Source: Amoebophrya sp. A120
Lineage: Eukaryota > Protista > Dinoflagellata
Assembly (NCBI GenBank): GCA_905178155.1
Contig: CAJINV010000002.1
Coordinates: 8,810,225-8,874,224 of the forward strand
DNA length: 64,000 nucleotides
Direction: 5' to 3'
Shown: positions 1-12,751 of the stretch, in pieces
How the letters are laid out: the number at the start of each line of letters is the position of its first letter
How positions within the stretch are numbered: position 1 is the stretch's first letter
Notes under the pieces: model-generated
Databases searched by the model: none
What the model was told of the DNA's origin: nothing
What the model saw: only the letters and a program-made list of their open reading frames with translations
Position numbers and translations under genes: made by a program

Positions 1-1939
1 CCGACATTACTAGGGAAAACTGCTTCTCGATAATCGGCACGAGCGTGGATAGATTCTCGCAGAGCTCTGGCGACGTGCTGTATTTTTTGATCGCCTCCAG
101 TAGTCGTGCGTCCACGTTGACGTTCTTGTCGAAAACCAGCAAAAGTAGAACTCCGTGGTAGCAGAGCGCAACCAGCTGCCCCTCGGCGTTGTTACTCGGG
201 AGAAACACCCGCGGGATGAACAGATTCCGATTGCTGGTCGCCGTGCTGGAGGTGTCGTCCGAGCCGAACAGGTAGCAACCGCTGTTGTGCGGCTGCGCGG
301 ATTTTTTCCTCCCAGCAGCACCTGTTCCGCTCCGCGCCGAGGGCAATACCGTGGCGGCACCGCCGAACAAGGTCGTTTCGATCAGGTTTGCCGCGGAATT
401 AGTGCTCGCACCCTCGGCGGCCTCGATCAAGTGCGATCTGCCGAACGCGCTGGAATGCGAATTGTTCGACGTGGGAATGCGGCCGTAGGGCGGCTGGTTC
501 AGCTTCTCGTTCGAAACTTGCCCATTAAACAAATTAACGAGGTAGGAGTAGGCGACCTGGTTAAGTGTTGGTTGAATTTTTTAGACTTGACCATACGGTA
601 AAAAATGCAGCTGACATCGATTGGCTCTGCCATAGATGTAGTTGCAGCCTGACGGCGATAACACTATGCCCTGGGACAACTTGTCCCAGCAACCATCTGT
701 ACGCAGCTGGCTACAAACATATGCTGCATGTGCTATATAACACTAGTATCATGTAGCAATCTATTTTCACATGAAAACCGCCACAAGTAATCTGGCGCAC
801 TCTCTGAGTACCTTCATGTCCTCCAGATCCATGCCACTGTAGATGAGATGCGCCTTGTAAAACAGTGCGCAATTTCGGTACTCCACGCCCAGCATTTCTT
901 TCAGTTTTGCCAGAAATGTTGCGATAGAGACGTAGGTGTTTCGTTCCACTGGTCCGTAGTGAAACCCATCGAGCTGGTAGAAAACACCGTTCGCCAACTG
1001 CGAGTCGAGCAAGTGGTGCGTCAAGGTTTCCAGATACGCAGGCACGAGGTCCTCCAGCAGGTCTGCCAGAAGTTCCCTTTGCTGCGACCTGGTTTTCATG
1101 CTATGGCTGCTCATTTTTATTCCCGGTGCGATTTTTTTCCCATCTTCCTTTGAGGAACTTGACGCAGAAGTAGAAGTTCCTTGGCCCTTATTGTCGCCTT
1201 CCGGCAAAAAGTGCCGCACCTTTCCGTGAAGCAGTTGAAAGATGCTGTAGAGGTTTTTCAGCACCGCAAGCAGCGTGTTCTCCGGAATGATGGTTTCCAG
1301 TGACTCGCGAATGTCGATCACCTGCTGTCTGTGGTTGGGTCTGCTCGAGCTATTGTCCTCGCCCTTTTGCCCGTCAGGTGGTCCACCTAGGCCGTCATGG
1401 TCTCCCCGCGTCCTCGGGCTCTGCTTGTTTCCACCGGGAACCGTCACGGTTTTACTTCCGACAGTCACCGCGGGGTGCTTCACGGCGAGCGCGAACCAGA
1501 TGTTGTCTTCCACCTCTTCGAACCCGAAGGAGTAGTCCTTCGTCTTCATCGACCGCAGCGAGGAACATCGCTTCTTCTTTTGTTTCTTTATTCTACTGCT
1601 AGACGAACTGCTGCCTCCCGAGCCAGAGGTGCCGGCTGCGGCAGCTCCCGCCGGAGCCGTGGTTTTCGAGCCCGCCGGGCTGGCGGTGGATACGGTTTTT
1701 GTTTTTGGCTCCTTCGCAGGAGCATCCGTCATCATGTCCCACTGTCGCGTGAAATCCACCAAGCCCTGCACGAGCGACACCTGATTCCGTTTCTCCTCTT
1801 GCGTCACCAAACCGGGGTGGTAATACAGAATCTTCGCGTCCTGGTGTGCGAATTCCTTTTCGTCGTCCTGCAAGTGCGCGATTTCTTCGGGGGATGCTTT
1901 CGCTGTCGGATCCCACGCAAAAAAGCAGAACTGCGCCAT
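1..1939 (-). CDS. CCZ1: Vacuolar fusion protein CCZ1-like (Mon1-Ccz1 GEF subunit, longin-type N-terminus); two or more exons, 3' end runs off the window
   Basis: The ORF contains KILYYHP...EKRNQVSLVQGLVDFT...EVEDNIWFAL...LYSIFQLLHG, which resembles the CCZ1 N-terminus. A GT-AG intron at 557-811 joins MK|VAYSYLVNLF in frame. Confidence 0.75.
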
Positions 1940-2745
1940 GTTTGTGCTTTTAAGGAGGAACACTGCAGGTCCAAATCAACAGAATGAGGAGAAATAACTG
2001 CAGCTATTGTAAAGGCGAAATTTTATTCCTTGCTCTCGAGGACAATAATGCGCGTCTTTCTAAACCTAAAATCGTATTGTAAACTACTTCCGTTCCTGCG
2101 TCGATGTACAAAAGCGAATGGGCACCAACAGGATAACACGTGTTCCAGAGAGGTTTTGATGCTTGCAAGCGCGAAGCGGAAAGAAATGGCGATCGATTAT
2201 CAGCTGGTCAGCTAATTCTTCATCGATCCTGAGCTCGCCCCGTGCAGCGATAATTTTTGCGTTTCGCTAGTTCCAACACAATCCAGGGTATCTTCAGAGA
2301 CAGAGAGCTGCAGTATGCAAAAAGAATTCGAGAGCTTGATGCGCTTGCCTGTGAACATCGGTCTTCATCATCCTTGTTCCTCCAGATTGGAGGGCGTGGA
2401 AGAAGGGTTGCAGGTGGCATTTTCAATTGCCTGCAAATGAAAAAGTCGGGGGGGAAAGTACGGTTTCTAAGTACTTTCATACCTATGATGGGCAAGTATG
2501 TTTTTCGACTTGGACAGATAGCAGCATCAACACTGCTTTTTCTGCTGGTACGGTTTTTGCAATCACAAAGCTCTTTACTGGAGGAACATTGGTATGCAAA
2601 AGCAAAAGTAGTTGTCATGTGCATATAGCTTGCTTATCATCCAGTCGGGCGATTACCGTGCGGAGTTTTCTTTTTTTTCTGATACACGAGAAATCGCCAT
2701 CAATATGAGTAGAATCGATAGGGGTGGAATTCGCTTAGTTATCAG

Positions 2746-2797
2746 TTAGAGGTACACAAAATACATATTTTTCTTCATACTTAAAAATTTTATATGC
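2746..2797 (+). repeat. Left terminal inverted repeat of the giant element
   Basis: TTAGAGGTACACAAAATACATATTTTTCTTCATACTTAAAAATTTTATATGC. Confidence 0.8.
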
Positions 2798-3522
2798 GCG
2801 GAAATTATATATATTATCACGATCGGAAATAGATACAAGTGGCCGATATGTTGTACGAATTTATTATCATTGGAACGACTAGAGCAGTACTTGGTGCGGT
2901 TTTGACCTTGTAACTGATCAGGTGCCGAGCTTGATGCTATTTTTTCACGACCGACTACGATAGATCTCTACGTCGTTGCTTGAGCTTCATGATCCTTGCA
3001 CTTTCTATGAACGCGGCACATAATTAAGCGTTTTTTTTACGAGGATGCGGCCCCCTGCGATATCTACAACTAACAGCCTAGTGCTTTTTGACTCAAGATC
3101 TGTGCTGCTGCGCACAACCATCGAGAAAAGGCTTGCAAGACGGAGAAATTATATAAGTTAATGCACCAGCACGAAGCGCGATGGCATTTCGACAGCGGAT
3201 ATCTTCCCACCGCTGCGGGATGCGTTTATTTTTTTTACTTTTCAGTTGTGCTGTCAGCTGGGTGCACATCATTTTTGTTGTGAATTTACTACACTGAAGT
3301 TGACTGCTATGCTTTCGCAACACAGAAAGCGGATACAACATGCCTCGAAGCAACGCAGAGTAGTGCTTTTGTTGATGTGTCGATGTGGATGCGATCAAGC
3401 TAACTACGGAGTAGAAATTACATCACGCAAGACAATATCAAAAATAATACTACTTCTTGTGTTCTTGAAAGTGAAGTTTTTTTTGCATTACAAATCTGCA
3501 TGTTAATCCGAGCGAAAAAAAT

Positions 3523-6500
3523 CTACCCAAAAAGTTGCTTGTCGTTTACGGGGTCAATATCAAATTCGAAGCTATCGTCATTCAGCTCGAGGCTATCGCT
3601 TTTCGTTTTAGTATAAGTGAACTTTTGCGGCAAGCGTGGCAATTTCTTTTCGGTGATTCGGTCACTTTCCGCACAATTGCAGAGGGTATTATCACTTTCC
3701 CTGGCTCTTGCTTTTGCGGTAAGAATCGCGCAATTGAAAAGATCATCGCTACTTATTTCTTCACAAGTCAAATCTGAGCCAGTGTATAACTTTCCCCCTC
3801 TCCACCAACCACAAAAACACCTTCCCAACTCCGCGGCCCCATCCGGAACGCGGTGCGACATGGGGCCCAGTTGCACTGTCCTCCAGTTAGACTTTTGCAT
3901 TTCTCGGTAGGTGAGGCACGGCCCGCCGCCGGAAATAAAAGTTTTCTTGTAGATGATGATGTTTTTCTTGCACTTAGAGCATTCGCCGTTGTACTCTTTT
4001 TGGTGGTACTGCTTGTGCAGTTTGACGAGGTCGAGCTCCTTATGAAAAACGTCACTTGCGGCATCGACCTGCTTCTTCCACTTTCCACCCGCGTACTTGT
4101 TTCGATATTGTTGCAGCTCTTGTTCAAATTTCAGTTGCCCCTCGGATTTCGGCTCCTTCCGCACAGTGTCAGCAGTATGGATGCTAATTCGCGCCTACAA
4201 ACAAGCCAGGTCATATAGTTGAAGCTCAGAGCCGTACATAAAAAAACTGGATGGCTACAGTTTGTCACGCGTGCAATGACTGCTGCGGTTTCATTTGTAG
4301 GCGGAATTTATTAGATATTTCAAATCAGGCAGCGGCTGCGGATTCTGCTGGTGCGGTTCGTCTTGCACCGCCTGTAAAATATTGGAAAAAATTATAAACC
4401 GCACAAGGAGCGATCCATGCATGAGAAATCAGTCTGCTAATCGGGTCACAGCGAGAGCATTACACTGGGTGCACAAAATAGTTAGTACCTCTCTGTCTGC
4501 CACAACCTGCTTGCCAGCTGCTCCAAAAAGTCCAATCGCTCCTTCCAGAACCTTCTTCTCGTTCACTTTGATCTGGTCCGGGAGCATATTCTCTTCCTGA
4601 GTAGGCTCTTTAGCTTTCTTCGCGTTGTACTCGTCGATTTTCAGCCGGGCGTAGAACTGGATGTCGCTAGTCTTCTTGTCTATTTTTGCTTGCTCCATCT
4701 CGTCGGATAATTTTTTGTAAAAAGCCTTGATTGACATGCTCATCGTGCTGGCAACGCCGGTCGCGACGGCTTCATTTTTGTAGCACCCCTGCTTGACCAA
4801 GATCTTCTCGCCGTCCACTTCACCGAACATCATGCAAAACATAATGTCCCGCCAATGCTCGATCTGGTCTATTTGCTTCTCGACCCGCCGGAAAAAAACC
4901 ATCATCTGGTCCTTGGAGAATTCTTTTTCCTCCTTTTTCGGTCTGGTTTGCCACTCGTCAACTGCTGCAGTCGGTTTCTGTTGGCTTAGAATTTGCATCT
5001 CGGTAATGCCTTCCGGGGCATCAAAAAAAATTCCGTCCAGCATCTTCTTTTTCTCGCTGCTCGTCTTTTTATTTCCTTGGCGGGTCATGTGCTGAAACCT
5101 GACGTCCACCCGATAGTCTTGTAAGTCGCCAACAACCGAATCCGTGTTATTCTGCAGCGAGGAGTCATTTTGTTGTTGGTCATCTACCTTGGAGTTGTGG
5201 TGTGTGGAATTTTCTTCAAATACGTCCCACAAACGCTCCTCCCGTTCTTTCACACTGTTGTAGTCCAGCTTCCTCCAAAATTCGTATGGTTCGAAACACT
5301 GCCGCCCATCCATGTCCGGGCGAAAGTTGATGATTCTTCGGGGTTCGTCCTGAAACAAGAACTCGCATGTTTTCTTCACGTCCGCTTGCTTGGAACTTTT
5401 TGCGCCCGTAGGATTTGGAAGAACACCGTACCCGGCCTCGATCGCAGCCTGCAACGGAGTAAGCTGCTCCGTGTCAAAAAACCAGCAAATTCTGCAGCGA
5501 GACTTGTTCAGGATTCTGTACCGCGCGTCTCTGACGACCCGGATTTCTTGAAAATGCCCCGAGGTGCACATATCAATGCGCGAGGAGGTGATGAGCAAGC
5601 ATTTCAGCCGAGATTTCGTGGACATGGCGTGGGTTGGAAACGGAAGCGCCCAATTCCAATGCTCGTCTGGGTACTCGAACTCCGCGACGTTGCCAGCGTG
5701 TTTGTCATTTTCGTACTTCTTGGTCACGTCACCGCTGTAAGGTGACTCGAAACACCGGGCAAAACCTGAAGGCATCACATATTTACACTTTTAAAAAATT
5801 ATTGGCATGAAATTGCTGCTCGTTTTGCGCATTTTGGACGAACGTAAGCTGCTGCACAGGATTCAGCTGCAGATCAAATGCACAACCATAGGACACACGC
5901 ATAAACAATTATACTTGTACTAGATGCACACTTTTATAAGCAAGCATGGCGCGCAGCATCCCGCAATTGAATTTCAAAAATACCTCTCCACTTTCCCACA
6001 GCCTCGCCGCTGATCACCCGTGTGCTCCTCTGGAACTCTTGGTGTGCTTTCGGCAGGCGACCCGTAGCGGGTTGGTTAGGATCGGGCTCGTCAGATCCAG
6101 TTGCTTGGCCCTCTCCAAAATGCACTGCGTGGGGATCTAAAATATCCGCTTCCCGCAACACGACTACTACCAAGACCTGCAGGCTCAAATTGACGGACAG
6201 CACCTGGACAATGCGGGATCTCTTGTGGTAGAGGTAAATTTCCAGGCAGAGTGGTTTTCCTGCTTCGGTGTAGGCGTGGAGGAGAAAAAATAAGTACAGA
6301 CACTGGAGTCTGCCTCGCTGGCAGGCAGTTTGGTACTCTTCGGCTCCCTGGCAGATGTCGGTATGATGCTCGTCGATTATCGCCTCACAAACGCGGCGCT
6401 CGTGGAGACGCATGGTAGCGCACTTGTGATTTAGAAACTCTTTTACTTCAGCTTCCGACATTCCGTGTTTTGCGTGGTCCAAGTTCATGAATTGCTTCAA

Positions 6501-9500
6501 TTCTGGCAGGGCTTCCGCCAACTCGGGGTACTCGGTGTGCTGCTGGAGATTTCTTTGCAACTGCGGTTTCGGGTCGTTGTTCCACGCCGTGTTCTGTATT
6601 TTCATCATGTAGAGCATGCGCACGATGTCACTGGGTTTGCGAAGCGTGGCCATATTTTCGAACTCCGTGCCGTCCGGCCACAAATATTCGCGGCATTTAT
6701 CATAGTCGACGTCGGGCTCGTTTTCCAGCAACTGCCGGCCGTCCAAGACACTGTTGCTGTCCATGCAGCCTTTCCGTGTATAGAGCGTGGAAACAGGATC
6801 GTATGCTCGAAAACACGGCACCCAGGTCGGAAGACAAGACTCCTGCAACGCGTACTGGGTGCACTGTTTGATTGTTGTTTCAATGTGTGTCATTTGTCAT
6901 GCATAAAACGCAAGTCATTTTGCATTTCGGATTCGCAAAAAAAAATCAATATCTGCATTTTGGTACCTGCTGTAAAATCCCAGAGTTGTTGCCGCGACGC
7001 GACGTCCTGGAGAGAATGCCGCCGTACGCTTCTATACCCCGCGTACTGGGTATCATTACCGCCGGAAATTGTTCCAAAAAACTTTTCGCTTGTTCCGCCC
7101 CCTCCTTCTCATAAACTATTAACCACTTCCGGATGAGCCAACTATTCTCCATCTTCCCGAGTCCTGCGATCAGCTTACTGGCGATGGGATTTTTCCGCAG
7201 CCCCTTGACCTCCAAGATTTTCTCGAAAAGCTGGAGCTCGAACTTGTGCGAGCCCATGATCGCTCGATCGCGAAAGTGTGTGTAGCAAGCGGCCTTCGTC
7301 GTAGCAGTCTTTGTTGCCTGGATCGCGGATACTTCCTCCTCTTCCAAAAAATGGTACGGAGAACTTTCCAGGAATGCGAGGAAAGAGCGGTGCTGTTGCT
7401 TCAGGTAAAAATCCCGATCGCGACAAATTTCGGCAACTGAAGACTTCCACCCCTGGAGGTCGGATGGCAAATGCGCAAAATCCTCAAGCGTGAGGTCCAA
7501 CCCGGGCTTCATCCCGTAAAGTAACATTCTCTTTTCCATTGAGAGGCGGAGTTGCTGGGTTTTCACGGCCTTTTGCAATACCTGTTTTGTATTAGAACAT
7601 TATTTTTTTTGATGCAGTCGCGAAATAGAGATATTAACGGCCGCAGTGCCCTGATTGTGTATCGCCAGCAAAATGCAAAGCAATTTTCTTAGCATGAAAC
7701 TGCAGTAGTATAACCATAAACGTGTGCGCTTTGCATGACAAAAGCATGATCATCTGTACCCAGAAGAACCCCGCTCCGTAGGTTTCCGCAAATTTGTCCT
7801 CTTGATTCATCCGGAGAGATCGGCGAAGATCGTTTTCGAAGTGGGAATTGGACAAAAACGCCGTGTCCGCTAGCATGCTTGGAGACTGGCTGTAAAAACC
7901 CGCCCGCTGGTTCAAATTCACCCAGCCGATGGCTATGGTGGCCCCATGATAATACAGGGGTGCTCTTTTGCACAGTTCGCATATTAACGCCGCCATCCGA
8001 ATGCTTTCGTCAGCAAGTGTTGCACAGATGGAAACAATCGTGTTCGGATCGTCATCCGGGCCGAGTTTGGTCAGAGTTTCTTCCATCATGTTTCTCCCCT
8101 CCTGTTCCTTCCGCTCCCTTTTTCTCTCATCTAATTCCGTTATCCAGCTTGCAACGTCCCAAAAACCGTCTTGCTTGACCTTGTCGTCTAGCTCCTGCAC
8201 CTCGTCGTGAAAACTCCACACGGCCTTTTCCCTTCTTTTCGTGTTTGGTAGTTTGGCTTTGTTATGTCTGTTCTCGTCATCATCATCGGACTCGGAGTCG
8301 GTTTCAGCGTCGGCTTTGTCGATTGCTGATGTAATTTTGAATTCAAAATTTGAAAACAATTACGAAAGGCCTTACATTTGAAAACTTTGCATGACAAAAC
8401 CATCGGCGAACTACAGATGCAAAAAACAAAAAGTGCTTTTCTCTCTTTCCACTCCTGACCGCTTTTTGTCTTTGAACTGTAGCTTGTTGCAGGATTGGGC
8501 TAGGACGTAATCCAGTTCGAGTTTCTTCCACATGATTAACGAAGGCCTCCCATCTTTCGCAGCAGTTACAAAAATCTCCGAGTCGAGGGCCTTGCGATTT
8601 GGATTCTCGATGTAGAGAAAGCACCGGAATGCGAACCGCAACGTCGTCCACCCTGTTTTCGCGAAAAAACAAGTATAATCCATCTGGCAGAACCGCTCCT
8701 TGCTACTGAAGTTTCCCAATTGCGAGCGGATGAGTTTGCACCGAATCCTCACCGCATCTGCAAAATCCGGACTATCGTACGAGCAGTTGATTTCCGCCTC
8801 CAGATCCTCCCTGAACTCGCCGACCAGTCTGATGATGTCGTTGTCGTCGCAAGATTCGATGACCGCTGTGTAGAAATCGCCAAACTTTATGGAGTGTTTT
8901 CCTTTCGCCGTACTCCTCAGCCTGTAGAGGCGCTTCATCTTCACCGGCAGCATTTTCTCCGCAATTTTGATGGATTGCCGGTTCTCGTCGTGCGGGACGT
9001 CCCAATTGCAAATCGAGGGGCAGTATGAAAGTTAAAGACTCAGATACACATTTCAAAAATCGATCACCGTCGTATTTGTCATGCAGGTTTTCTAGTAGTG
9101 TCGCGCAAACATATATCTGAATCATTTTCACAAGATAAATCCCCGCGCTCAGCGCGCCACTGCGGGTAGGAATTCGCCGAACACTTGTCCATTGTGAAGA
9201 CCGTCGGGATGTCCACTCCAAGCCGGCCCCAATTCGTCAGGAAGGAAATGATCTCCAACAAGGCCGACAGCCAACAGCTGTATTTTTTTTGCTGGTAGGT
9301 GTAGTTGTAATCGGCGGTGTCAAGTTTTTTCAGGAACTTTTGGATATCCTGAAAAGAACCTTCCGGAAGCGCGACGAGCAGCATGCTCAGCGTGAACGCC
9401 TCATCAAGCGTGTCAAACAAAAACCCGCGAATTCGACTTTGAACAAACTCTCGTCCACCTAACCGCACGCCATCCAAGGCGCATCCCACTGCGTGTCCGT

Positions 9501-10082
9501 ACCGGGTATTCATCATCGCGTTGACCTTGATCACCTGCAGAATCCAGCAAACATAACCCAAGACCAGCATTTGTCGTGCTTTTTCCAGATGCTGCGTGAA
9601 GAGCGGGCTGTACGGCACGGCGCACATGGAGATGTGATGAGCGAATGGTAGTTGTTTTCTCCCTGCTTCTGCAATGGTGATAATTACGGGCGTGCGGTCC
9701 TGCAGCTGGTATCCTGAGGTAGAGTGATTTTTTTGAAATATTGCATGACAAATTGCGGAATGTCATTTCACGCAAGTTTATGCATGGCAAAAATCTAAGT
9801 ACCTAATCCCGGACGTTCTTGTGCGTCCCACATTTCGACAATGCGCCCGCACCACTGATTGAAATACTCCGCCATAGTTTCGATGCCCTGATTCAAATTT
9901 TAAGGTCAGCACTGTTTGTCATGCAGATTTCAGTAATCGTGAACAGTCAATATGCATAATCACGCGGACAATAAAAAGCATGCATTTGCTATGCGCAGCG
10001 CCATCAAATAATACTCGCGTCGTCCCATGTTGCAGAAGCCAACCGACAAATTGCTCAGAGGAGAAGTCGACTGTGGGTGTAT
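3523..10082 (-). CDS. Multi-exon DDE transposase-like protein (hAT/P/Kolobok-type RNase H fold), ~1,800 aa; 5' end unresolved
   Basis: Motifs occur in the expected order: CALDG (D at 9472-9474), TMDKCSAN (D at 9187-9189), WDVPH (8990-9001), KERF (~8695) and IPSTRGIEAY (E at 7030-7032). In-frame joins were checked at introns 8326-8454 (GA-AG) and 7582-7759, 6864-6966, 5766-5983, 4372-4488 (GT-AG). Joins near 9030-9130 and 4190-4310 are inferred. Confidence 0.6.
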
Positions 10083-10467
10083 CTGATAAGAAGACTATAA
10101 AGATGCGAAATATTTTCCGACACGCCGAGAAAGGTGCAACAAACTAAAATCGCCAAAATATGACATGCGTTTTTTGGTACAACATAGATGCTTCGAATTT
10201 GTTGGCTTCTTTTGCGCAACACGGTTTTTATTTCCGGACGGACAAATTCGAAACAGTCCTGCCGTCGAATTGTTTCTGCTAAAGTACGCGCAGCTCAAAA
10301 AAGACAAAACGATGCGCAAATCGACAATAAACAACTCAAACGCGAACAATCGCTGTGAGCTAGCTTTTTTGTGCAATTTTGGATGTGCCACTTCTATGCG
10401 CAAGTATCATGCGCGATCAAAGTGCAGCGACGCTGCGTGCAATCATGATGCTGGAGCGCGAAGTAAA

Positions 10468-10541
10468 AGCTCCACGCTCGAGCTCCACGCTCGAGCGTGG
10501 AGCTCGAACGTGGAGCTCGAACGTGGAGCTCGAGCGTGGAG
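10468..10541. repeat. Palindromic array of 13-bp units (CTCGARCGTGGAG)
   Basis: Two units in one orientation are followed by four in the other. 10468-10517 is a loop-less 50-bp palindrome with 24/25 arm match. Confidence 0.9.
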
Positions 10542-10594
10542 GTCCAACTTGGAGCATACTTGTGTATTCTGACGTGCGAAGTTCTGCTGTGTGT

Positions 10595-10810
10595 GATGCT
10601 CAAAAATATGCTCTTTGTTATGCTCAAAAAGTGACTACCTTTTTGACTACCCAAAAATTTCTTAGACCCCACGGCGCGCTCTCTGTTTGCGCGCTCAAAA
10701 TTATGCTTGTTTTTATGCTCAAAATTATGCTTTTTCTTATGCTCAGAATTATGCTCAATCATCGCGCTCTCGCGAGAAGAGCAAGCTCGACGCCTTAGCG
10801 TGATGCTCAA
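10595..10810. repeat. Degenerate ~12-bp-period TATGCT(C) repeats
   Basis: Example: TTATGCTTGTTTTTATGCTCAAAATTATGCTTTTTCTTATGCTCAGAATTATGCTC. Confidence 0.75.
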
Positions 10811-11338
10811 ACGCGGAGATTGATCAAGCAGAGAAGCCTAAAACTACCAAAAGCGGAAGTGCTCGAAAAACCTAAAATGGATTTCGGATTTAGGCTTTCG
10901 CGAAGCCCCCTTTTTTTAAAATGCAGCTTCTTAAAGGCCGCGCTCTTTTACCCATCTTGAATGCGCGCATAAAATTGCAGCGCAGACCTCCAGCTCGCTG
11001 CCGTCCACAGCAAATAAGCACGTGATCCGCATCAAATACAGCATCAACGCTGCGGCGCTTTTCGGCAAAAAGGCTGCTCCCCAAGAGGATTAATAAGCTC
11101 TGGGCATTGTGGCATCAAAATACCATAACACATGTAGAAGGATTGCTACAATAACAAGTATTACACGCTTTTGGCATGATTTGCGCAACAAAAACACTAC
11201 TAAAAAAAGGTAAATATGTACTCGCTTTGCCTGTGAAGGTTATCATCCCGGACATGTGGGCTATGCTAATGAAACGTCGCAGCTTCACCTTGAATGTAGA
11301 TGCTGCGATAAATAACTGTGTTGCTTTACCATACAAAG

Positions 11339-11983
11339 CTACTGCATCCATTCAAGGCAGAACTGCGAGCTACATTTCTTAAACAGACCTTGCATCTGTT
11401 CGACAGGCACAACCTGCCCGAGAAACACGTCCCGAAACACATCTGCTTGGTAGTTGCAGGCGACCAGCGGCTTGATCAGCAGCTCGGCGAAGATTGCGGC
11501 AAACTGCGCCGTCGTATGCTCCAACTTTTTCTTCACACGATTGCTCTGCTCCTCTTTGAAGTACTTCTTACACCGGCCGTTGATCAACATGAAGAACGCG
11601 TCCATCGTCAGCAAATCGGGACCGTCTGACCCTTCCGGAATCATAACCCACTGCTGTTTTTTTGCGGTCTCGGATTGCCCTTGTCGCTGCACGAGGCAGG
11701 TGTGCGTTTCGTTTTTGAAAATCTCCAGCATCAGGGTCAATGCTTTCCCACGGAGCGTGTACTGCTGCAAGAAGTCCTTCTTCGGATGGTCTTGCCACTC
11801 GTCCCGAGTACAGTTGCGAAGGTCCGTGATGGTTTTTACAAAGTGCTCCAGCGGAACACCTAGCAACAGCTCATTGACAGCGATCAAAGGCACGTCTGTC
11901 AACGCCGTTGCCTCAATGTCGATGTCGACGGGGGAAGACCCCGCAAACGACGCCAGTCGTTCCATTTTAATTCTTTTTTTCAC
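11339..11983 (-). CDS. Orphan exon/ORF inside the element; either a separate gene or the N-terminal part of the transposase
   Basis: 214-codon ORF with protein-like composition on the transposase strand. No family recognised. Confidence 0.5.
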   Translation of the reverse strand: MKKRIKMERLASFAGSSPVDIDIEATALTDVPLIAVNELLLGVPLEHFVKTITDLRNCTRDEWQDHPKKDFLQQYTLRGKALTLMLEIFKNETHTCLVQRQGQSETAKKQQWVMIPEGSDGPDLLTMDAFFMLINGRCKKYFKEEQSNRVKKKLEHTTAQFAAIFAELLIKPLVACNYQADVFRDVFLGQVVPVEQMQGLFKKCSSQFCLEWMQ

Positions 11984-12751
11984 ACTACATCTTTCAAATT
12001 ATTCTATCTCTCAGCTTTTTCTATATCGGATAACAGATGCACTCGTCATAAGAAATTTTTTGGTTCGAAAAATACTTTTTGACATAACAAACAAACACAG
12101 CAAATCACTTCAGTAGTTTCATCACCATCGCACTTTCAATTTCACAGCGTATATTTATTCCCAGATATCGAAAAAACATTTTGGACCAAAGAGAACAACG
12201 ATGCTTTGCACTACATTCATTTTTAAACTCTTTTACATCGTGTCCAGTTGCGTTTCCCCAGAAAAAAGCAATAATATGGCCCCAGCAAACTTGTCTGCTA
12301 CCGCTGCAGTCAGTGTTTGCATATAGCAGGAACAGAAAACTCCTGGCTTCATTGATGAAAAAATCAATGGTCTTCGGGACAAATGACAGACAACTAGATT
12401 GTGCAAACTGAGAAAAAGTTTACTTTATCTAGCGTGGATATGGAAAGGCAATCTATGCATTTTTTCCCAAAAAAATTCATTAATTGATACTATTTATTTC
12501 GAGCAGAGCCCCTTCATCATACAAGAAAATGAAATTCAATAATTTTTTACACAGTTGTGAACTACAACTGCTGCTTCGAAATAAAAGTTTTACAAAAAAT
12601 TGTACACGACGTGCAACAAAAAGGCGAAGGAGTTCACTTATATAAAAGTAAGACGATTAATAAGGAACTCGACTTCTAGTCATCTGCTGGCACTCACGCT
12701 TGCCCTACTTGGTGGTCTAATTCTTGTTCTAGAATTACTTGACTCCCTTGA

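Noticed and set aside
2719-2733. TAGGGGTGGAATTCG as a classical hAT terminus
   Set aside because: I found no matching inverted copy or exact 8-bp TSD. The 2746/18623 ends with ATCAG fit better.
3523-4164. TnpB/Fanzor-like nuclease at the element's 3' end
   Set aside because: It has Cys pairs but no RuvC D-E-D motifs or TSxxCxxCG pattern.
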